Source: a virus | Reading direction: 5' to 3' (one strand) | IMG/VR virus record: IMGVR_UViG_3300029880_000015 | Length of the DNA stretch: 46,255 nt | Shown here: positions 40,911 to 46,255 of the stretch, in pieces | Numbering within the stretch: position 1 is the stretch's first letter | Layout: every line of letters starts with the position of its first letter | Program-made: the position numbers and the translations under genes | Notes under the pieces: model-generated | What the model was told of the DNA's origin: nothing | Database searches by the model: none | What the model saw: the letters and a program-made list of their open reading frames with translations, nothing else

Positions 40911-41483
40911 CTATTTGAGGTTCAACATCTCATTCAGCTTATCTTTATAAGCTTGCTCCTCATCGCTGAGACGTGTTTTTATGTCAATTGTGTTTTTATT
41001 TTCCTGATAGAATTTCTTTTCCCATTTATCGAGCTTTTCGCCCTTTGCCTTTTTAGACCGGATTCCAACAACCGTGTTGAACAGGCATTCGCCAGATTCC
41101 ATGAAATATCCAAAGAATGTCCACCAGTGCATATAAGGCACTGCTCTGATTTCTTTACCGGTAATCTTATTTACCGCCGGAACGATCATATCTCCATCCT
41201 GTTCCCAGTCCATCAAACGGGGTTTAGGTTTATTCGGACTATCGTCAACTTGACCGCAGTCAATAAACTCGCAAGCTTTCTGACAAGCTTCCGTAAGATG
41301 TTCTGGGGGTATGCTTTGCCAGTCCTCGAATAAAATCTGCAGCATAACAACTGCTTTCGCTTGTTCGTCCAGTTCTGGGTCGTTCATGGCTATGAGGATA
41401 TCAATAATCGCACGAAAATCTGTTCTGATAGAAAAATCCACCCCACTGATATTTAGTGAGGTGGGAAGCTCATAGGCGGTCAT
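40911..41483 (-). CDS. Gp15-family tail assembly protein
   Basis: 190 aa. MTAYELPTSLNISGVDFSIRTDFRAIIDILIAMNDPEL resembles the Listeria A118 Gp15 family. ATGA overlap with the upstream chaperone gene. Confidence 0.65.
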   Translation of the reverse strand: MTAYELPTSLNISGVDFSIRTDFRAIIDILIAMNDPELDEQAKAVVMLQILFEDWQSIPPEHLTEACQKACEFIDCGQVDDSPNKPKPRLMDWEQDGDMIVPAVNKITGKEIRAVPYMHWWTFFGYFMESGECLFNTVVGIRSKKAKGEKLDKWEKKFYQENKNTIDIKTRLSDEEQAYKDKLNEMLNLK

Positions 41484-41905
41484 TTTGTATACTTCTCCGT
41501 ATACTTATTGACTGCTGCCTGCATTTTCTTTTTTCTCTTTTCGATTTCCGGTGCAATTGCTTCTTCGATTTTATCCAGAACAATGTAAGCGAACACCTGG
41601 CCATTACCGAATACAGTTGTTGCGGTAATTGGTTCTTTGAACAGGTCTTTGGATGCTTCATATCCGAGCAGATAATTGATTTTGTCTTCGATCTGTCTAT
41701 TCAACTCTGCCATCTCTTTACCAGATGTGACTTTCTGGACAGAATCCTTGAACTGTTCAAAGCACTCCTCCAGTTCCTCTGCGCGTGCTGCTACATTGAT
41801 ATCAGTCGGGTTCAGTTTGAAAGAAGAAAAAACTTCGTCTTCGTTGTTGGTAAATGTAAAAATGAGAACTCCATCATCAATTTTGGTATTAATTACTTTT
41901 GCCAT
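41480..41905 (-). CDS. Tail assembly chaperone
   Basis: 141 aa, acidic, located between the tail tube gene and the Gp15-like gene. Confidence 0.6.
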   Translation of the reverse strand: MAKVINTKIDDGVLIFTFTNNEDEVFSSFKLNPTDINVAARAEELEECFEQFKDSVQKVTSGKEMAELNRQIEDKINYLLGYEASKDLFKEPITATTVFGNGQVFAYIVLDKIEEAIAPEIEKRKKKMQAAVNKYTEKYTK

Positions 41906-41931
41906 TTAGCATGTCCTCCTTGTATATGTGT

Positions 41932-42432
41932 TTATTCGCTGTCAGCTGTGAATGTGCCGGAAGTAATGTCAAATTTTCCTTTGACACGTTCTCCAACGTA
42001 GTTCACGGTAAATGGAATCTGATAGCCGGACGTATCGCCGCCGTAGGAGGTCGGAACAATGTAGCAGTCCTGCTGGTATGCTTCATATTTGCCTGCTGTG
42101 GCTTCTGTCCAGAGATGAACTTCAACTGCTTTTGTCTTGAGGTTGTCGTCTTTGAGACGTCCATCTACGATCTTCTGTAATGCTGTGAACAGGCCTGATG
42201 TGGTATCTGCATAGAACGGATCAGCGTCAGAAGAAACTTCATAGCCATTATGTTTAAATGTGGATTCTCCAAGAATATTTTTAGATGTTTCGGTGTCTGG
42301 ATTGAGTTCTACATTGTACTCTTCCAGATCTTTTCCAAGACGCTCATACTTCGGTGTCAGTCCTCCACAGAGAGAACCTGCATCGATATAATGAGCCATG
42401 TATTTACGGTCAATTTTGCCTGTAACTGCCAT
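41932..42432 (-). CDS. Major tail (tube) protein
   Basis: 166 aa. Called from position, size and the strongly conserved leader shared with the capsid gene. Confidence 0.7.
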   Translation of the reverse strand: MAVTGKIDRKYMAHYIDAGSLCGGLTPKYERLGKDLEEYNVELNPDTETSKNILGESTFKHNGYEVSSDADPFYADTTSGLFTALQKIVDGRLKDDNLKTKAVEVHLWTEATAGKYEAYQQDCYIVPTSYGGDTSGYQIPFTVNYVGERVKGKFDITSGTFTADSE

Positions 42433-42510
42433 AGAAATGTCCTTTCTGCCTATAACTCTTAAAAGGCTGTGTAGGTTAGCGACTATCTCCGATTGATAGC
42501 CGGTTAGTTA
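42433..42510 (-). promoter_or_regulatory. Conserved structured leader upstream of the tail tube gene (copy B)
   Basis: On the minus strand: ACCGGCTATC-AATCGGA-GATAGTCGCTAACC...GCCTTTTAAGAGTTATAGGCAGAAAGGA-ATG. Parallels copy A at 704-775. Confidence 0.5.
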
Positions 42511-42529
42511 TTATATTTAATTGGTGTAA

Positions 42530-43030
42530 TCACCATTTTTCCCAGTCATATTCATATTTGACTGTGATCGGAAGTAACCAGTCCTGTACACCGTTCTCCT
42601 GTGGCTCTGTACCGTAGGAATTATCCCTTGTGATACGTTTTATCACCCTTCCTCTTGAAAGCTCTGGAAACGCGGATAAGCGCGTCTCAATGCCATCTAC
42701 TGTGACTGGTTCACGGCAAATCCACTTTCCAAGGTTATCAAGGAACTTCTGAACAGAGAGCTTCTGTCGTTCCTTTTCGGATGCGGTACGATATACCACG
42801 ATAAACGGATACTGGCACACCTGGTGCATCGTTCCACATACATCCTCTTTTTCTGAATAGATTAATGCTCCGGTATCTGCAAAGAACGAGATACCGCTAT
42901 CGGTTCCAAGTTCTTCATATTTGATTGTTTCGTTTTCATATAACCCCGGATACTGATTCAGCAGAGCTTTCATGGCTTCTGTCAGAATCTCATATCCCTC
43001 TGCGTCCTTGCCGATCGGTTTATCCGCCAT
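42530..43030 (-). CDS. Head-tail joining / tail completion protein (minor capsid 3-like)
   Basis: 166 aa, directly upstream of the tail tube gene. Confidence 0.5.
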   Translation of the reverse strand: MADKPIGKDAEGYEILTEAMKALLNQYPGLYENETIKYEELGTDSGISFFADTGALIYSEKEDVCGTMHQVCQYPFIVVYRTASEKERQKLSVQKFLDNLGKWICREPVTVDGIETRLSAFPELSRGRVIKRITRDNSYGTEPQENGVQDWLLPITVKYEYDWEKW

Positions 43031-43038
43031 ATTGCATC

Positions 43039-43500
43039 CTACTTTCCTAATATTTCAAAATGTGGTATCAGTGTATACGGTCCACCCACGCTTGTGATTT
43101 TGAATACATTGTCTTTGTTTTGGTTTGTGTATTGATAGAATCCATTTCGGTAATCTCTATCAGTTACTATTCCACCAGCCCACTCACCTTCCCAGAAGAA
43201 CGATTCATCTGAGAATGTAATAGTATCTTCCAGAGCGTTGTTAATCTGTCTTTTCCACTCCTTAGGCGGCACCCATGGAAGAATCTTGCCGTCTTTATCA
43301 GTAATGGTTACATTGCCGTTCTGGACAGTGTATCGAACGTGTAACTGTGCGTTGTCGGTTGCGTCTGGTCCGTACTTTTTGAGAATTGCTCCCTTGTCCG
43401 TAATGAGGTCAACGCCAGATAACACATGAGGATACCAGTACGCATCTCCCGTTGTGGCACTTTCGTAATAGTTGAAAATCGTCACCGTTTTTTCGTACAT
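43039..43500 (-). CDS. Head-tail joining protein (minor capsid 2-like)
   Basis: 153 aa. Called from its position in the connector block. Confidence 0.5.
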   Translation of the reverse strand: MYEKTVTIFNYYESATTGDAYWYPHVLSGVDLITDKGAILKKYGPDATDNAQLHVRYTVQNGNVTITDKDGKILPWVPPKEWKRQINNALEDTITFSDESFFWEGEWAGGIVTDRDYRNGFYQYTNQNKDNVFKITSVGGPYTLIPHFEILGK

Positions 43501-43509
43501 GATACCCTC

Positions 43510-44151
43510 CTATCCTTCACATATTGCTTTTGAAAATCTATCAGAGAATGGTTTTATTCGGACAATATTGCCTTTGCACTCTTCCGGCACTTTCCCGTAA
43601 AAGATAATGCTTTCTGGGTGCAGCTTTTCAATCATGGCATTGTATCCAGATAAGAATAGGCATTTTTTGCCCTTGCTGTTCATACAACCTACTGAGCTGA
43701 CCGCCACCGTTCTGCCCTCTGGCTCCCCATCGAAACACCAATCGTAAGAATCCGGTGTACTCCATGATATTGTTGGAATCACACGGCAACCATATTCTTG
43801 CAGATATGCACCTATCCAGTGTTTTCGGTAATGGTTGTATATCTGGATGACTTTCGGGAAATCAGTGTAAGTGCTGAAATCCGGTGTTAGAATGTACCGG
43901 AATTTGCTCAGCTTATCCACATATCTGTCTGGATTTCTCCATAGTGCATCAAACTGATAATCGTCCAAAAAGAAATGAACAGCTTTCTCTTCTGGGTTAT
44001 TGCATTTTTTTCTGGCATAATTAAAACCGACAAATTCACAGTTGCCCTCGAATGCCTCAGGTTCTATCTGCGGTATACCGTATTCACCAACGCCGGGGAA
44101 AATACGGCGGTTCAGATTTTCATAGGCTATACTGGTTTGTTTGTTTGCCAT
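43510..44151 (-). CDS. DUF4417 domain protein
   Basis: 213 aa. HFFLDDYQFDALWRNPDRY...ILTPDFSTYTDFPKVIQIYNHYRKHWIGAY...VIPTISW matches my recollection of DUF4417. Confidence 0.65.
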   Translation of the reverse strand: MANKQTSIAYENLNRRIFPGVGEYGIPQIEPEAFEGNCEFVGFNYARKKCNNPEEKAVHFFLDDYQFDALWRNPDRYVDKLSKFRYILTPDFSTYTDFPKVIQIYNHYRKHWIGAYLQEYGCRVIPTISWSTPDSYDWCFDGEPEGRTVAVSSVGCMNSKGKKCLFLSGYNAMIEKLHPESIIFYGKVPEECKGNIVRIKPFSDRFSKAICEG

Positions 44152-44154
44152 AAT

Positions 44155-44478
44155 TTACCGTTTTCCTCTTTTTATAAGGGTTTCTGTTTTGACTGGTTTG
44201 TTTTCTCGACGTAATCCATCTTTCATAATTTTCCCAGTTATAACTTCTGTGCGACGGTAAACATCGTTCTTTTCAGCACTTTGCATTTTCCCGCCATGAA
44301 CATGATTGATTATCTGTTCCTTTTTATACTCATAAGAAACCGAACCATCCTTGTTTTTTGTGAATTTTGGTGTTGAATACATAGAGTATTTAGCATTACG
44401 TTTCTGCAAGTTACTCATAAGACGTTTTTGTTCTGGACTTACAGATGTTAATCCACTACTTCCGCCACGTCCGCCCAT
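44155..44478 (-). CDS. Basic hypothetical protein (MGGRGGSSG N-terminus)
   Basis: 107-aa ORF. Confidence 0.55.
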   Translation of the reverse strand: MGGRGGSSGLTSVSPEQKRLMSNLQKRNAKYSMYSTPKFTKNKDGSVSYEYKKEQIINHVHGGKMQSAEKNDVYRRTEVITGKIMKDGLRRENKPVKTETLIKRGKR

Positions 44479-44482
44479 AAAA

Positions 44483-44752
44483 TCACTCTTTCTGCACTGT
44501 CTGCTTAATAACCTGATTCACACCAGTAGCTGACAATCCGTTAAACATACCGACCGCAACTGCCGTGATATAGTCCGATGCCGGGAAATCCGGGATAACT
44601 CCCATCCCGACAGCTCCAAGAATCCCACCAATAACCGCCATGATTACTGGAATCCATTCATCAGAGATTCTTTTTGATGCTTTACAGCCCATTCCTACGA
44701 TGTAGCAAATCATAACGATTGCTATACATGAGCCTAATGTTGAAATGTCCAT
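44483..44752 (-). CDS. Holin (Hol118/A118-like, Phage_holin_5 type)
   Basis: 89 aa with 2-3 TM segments. DEWIPVIMAVIGGILGAVGMG...AVAVGMFNGLSATGVNQVIKQ parallels Hol118 (KWLPTVSILIGAILGALA...GAGGTGLFEQ). Confidence 0.6.
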   Translation of the reverse strand: MDISTLGSCIAIVMICYIVGMGCKASKRISDEWIPVIMAVIGGILGAVGMGVIPDFPASDYITAVAVGMFNGLSATGVNQVIKQTVQKE

Positions 44753-44764
44753 ATAATCACTCCT

Positions 44765-45031
44765 TTACGCTCCAAAATTCAGAGAAAAAGGCTCTCGCAA
44801 AGCCTTATATATTTCTCTTTCAATATCATCTTTATATACCGTTGTGAGTACACCACCGACATTTATAGTCTTTGTTTCTCTCATAAGTGGCTGTGATGCC
44901 TCTTCTATAATGCTTGCATCTAAATAGGCTACTCCAACATTTTTACCGCTCCAACACTGTTGTTTGTCTGGGCAGCTTTCACAGTCTTTTCGCATATCTG
45001 AATAAGCCTTTTTATTGCAAATCATACTCAC
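44765..45031 (-). CDS. Hypothetical Cys-containing protein
   Basis: 88-aa ORF. Contains CESCPDKQQC. Confidence 0.5.
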   Translation of the reverse strand: MSMICNKKAYSDMRKDCESCPDKQQCWSGKNVGVAYLDASIIEEASQPLMRETKTINVGGVLTTVYKDDIEREIYKALREPFSLNFGA

Positions 45032-45669
45032 ACCCCCGCATATAAAATCGGTATTCCATCATCTGTCCTTACTCCCATTAGAAGTGGCAAAGCTGTCTTT
45101 AAGAGTAAGTCATTCGTTTTTTGTACATCTCCGGCGGCGGCATATACTGCGCTCCATTCCTTTGCGCTTGCCCCAATCTGCTGAGGGGTGGCGTAGGAAA
45201 TGGATTCACTGCCAGAGCTTATAGAAGTTACGATCCCGGTATTTTTATCACCAGAATCTTCCTTGCTGTTTATCAGCTCAACATTGCCACTTGCGTCTGA
45301 TACAAGTCGAGCATTTACCTTGCTGTTTTCTGCCGATGCTCCTCTTACTAGCTGAATGTTTCCGTCACCATCTGTTACTAAACCATATTCACCAGGTCTG
45401 GTTGATACAGAGGATCCATTCATGGTGGCGTAAGAAGTTGCATTTTTCTCGGCAAGTTCCAGCTGATACATTAATTCAGCCAATGAACAGACCGCCTTTT
45501 TGATGCGTTCCTGTGAGCGTTCATTTGTCGGCAGTCCATCCACCAACCTGTCGAATGTCATCAAATCCACAAAATCACTGGCTCTTTCTGCCAGTCGTGG
45601 AAAGTCGGTTTCTGGCACGACAGAGCCGAAGTATGAAGTTGTGTAAAATTCATAATCTGCATAAGCCAT
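45028..45669 (-). CDS. Head-tail connector (gp6-like) with an extended C-terminus
   Basis: 213 aa. N-terminus YADYEFYTTSYFGSVVPETDFPRLAERASDFVDLMTF is typical of gp6-like connector/DNA-packaging proteins. First gene after the capsid gene. Confidence 0.65.
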   Translation of the reverse strand: MAYADYEFYTTSYFGSVVPETDFPRLAERASDFVDLMTFDRLVDGLPTNERSQERIKKAVCSLAELMYQLELAEKNATSYATMNGSSVSTRPGEYGLVTDGDGNIQLVRGASAENSKVNARLVSDASGNVELINSKEDSGDKNTGIVTSISSGSESISYATPQQIGASAKEWSAVYAAAGDVQKTNDLLLKTALPLLMGVRTDDGIPILYAGV

Positions 45670-45692
45670 GCCAGTTACCTCCTAGTCGATCA

Positions 45693-46156
45693 TCATTTTG
45701 CTGTTACAGTCGCGTGTCCAGCACTAAGCGCCTTATAGGTGCTGTCGCACTCAACCACTGTGATTACCTGCCCTGTTGCTGCTGTAATGTCAGATTCTCC
45801 ATCCCATGCGCTCCAGTTCTTCACATTCTGTCCGTAGTCTACAGCAGTCTCAGATGATGCAACTTTGTACTTGTACACATTTCCTGCGCTTGCTTTTGCC
45901 GGAGTAATGGTTACTTTAGTATCTCCGCTTTTGCTTCCTGCCGCAGAGTTTACAGTCAGAGTTCCAAGTGTCTGAGTTGCGTTGATGGTTCCGACAGCAA
46001 TAGCATCAATGTACTCTGCGAAGAGTGTAAGTCCCATGATTGCAAACGCTTCGGATACTGCTGTGTGGTAGTTACCCTGTGTGTGGAATCCGATCAGATT
46101 TGTCTCGCCGGAAACGGTATACACCAGCCCAGCTCTCGCAAAGTCAGATTCATTCG
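45693..46156 (-). CDS. Major capsid protein, 3' part, including a C-terminal Ig-like (Big_2-like) domain
   Basis: In frame with 1..703 across the junction. The last ~95 aa (LTVNSAAGSKSGDTKVTITPAKASAGNVYKYKV...VITVVECDSTYKALSAGHATVTAK) look like a bacterial Ig-like domain. Confidence 0.8.
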
Positions 46157-46255
46157 GGTCAACATAGTAAAGTACGATGTTCTCAACGGGTGTCGCAATA
46201 ATCTGTCCTCTTGGAATCTCACTGTCAGATAACAGGAAGATGGTATTGAAGCCCA
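46157..46255. repeat. Terminal direct repeat, copy 2 (identical to 1-99)
   Basis: Exact match to the first 99 bases. Confidence 0.9.

Larger units (their letters stand above)
1..46156. mobile_element. Complete temperate siphovirus-type phage genome (circular or circularly permuted; unit length 46,156 bp)
   Basis: Lysogeny, replication, packaging, head, tail and lysis modules are all present. The ends overlap by an exact 99-bp repeat, and the capsid ORF is continuous across the junction. Confidence 0.9.

Noticed and set aside
41530-41545. A_AAA_AAG slippery heptamer near the end of the tail chaperone gene, as a G/GT-type -1 frameshift site.
   Set aside because: The heptamer is in the right phase, but the -1 frame hits TAA after 9 codons, before the Gp15-like ORF begins. 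No fusion product is possible, and the downstream gene has its own ATG (ATGA overlap).
1-46255. Alternative genetic code (TAG or TGA reassignment) of the kind seen in some gut phages.
   Set aside because: Standard code 11 gives near-gapless, module-consistent ORFs of expected lengths throughout. The only anomaly is one TAA.

Overview
The window is one complete temperate siphovirus-type phage genome from a low-GC Gram-positive, probably Clostridia-like, host. The host call rests only on GGAGG-type ribosome-binding sites (SD), occasional GTG/TTG starts and gene content. Bases 1-99 are identical to 46157-46255, so the unit length is 46,156 bp, and the major capsid gene runs across that junction. 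Coding is almost gapless under the standard code and almost entirely on the minus strand. Read in the direction of transcription, the order is:
- cro-like gene (26047), then early genes: a hexapeptide-repeat protein, small membrane proteins, a Sak4-like ATPase, DUF669, a CHC2 zinc-finger protein, a DUF927/MCM-like helicase, an iteron-rich origin and a PIF1/RecD-like helicase.
- Small accessory genes at 16-11 kb: two orphan DNA methyltransferases, YopX and a Lar-like protein.
- TerS, TerL, portal and minor capsid proteins.
- An 8-gene accessory island (5.5-1.9 kb).
- tRNA, scaffold and capsid, which wraps across the junction.
- Connector, then a second accessory cassette (Hol118-like holin, DUF4417), tail tube, chaperones, tape measure, Dit, Tal, an SGNH tail fibre and a CHAP-SH3 endolysin (31 kb).

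The plus strand carries only lysogeny or moron-type elements: an XRE repressor, a large serine integrase, a zinc-ribbon membrane protein, two small genes, and two near-consensus orphan promoters that could drive an antisense RNA and a small RNA.

The most unusual observations are:
- The self-contained island inside the head module. It encodes a sigma region-4-only protein, a C1q/BclA-C-like protein and a Cys-rich N/Q-rich membrane protein.
- A 26-unit 18-bp tandem array that encodes a hexapeptide beta-helix protein.
- A P22 immI-like module with two RHH genes, an antirepressor-like gene carrying an in-frame TAA, and a candidate antisense RNA.
- A duplicated, covarying stem-loop leader in front of the capsid and tail-tube genes.
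- A shared 20-nt motif at two late promoters.

All family assignments come from reading the translations by eye. No database search was run.
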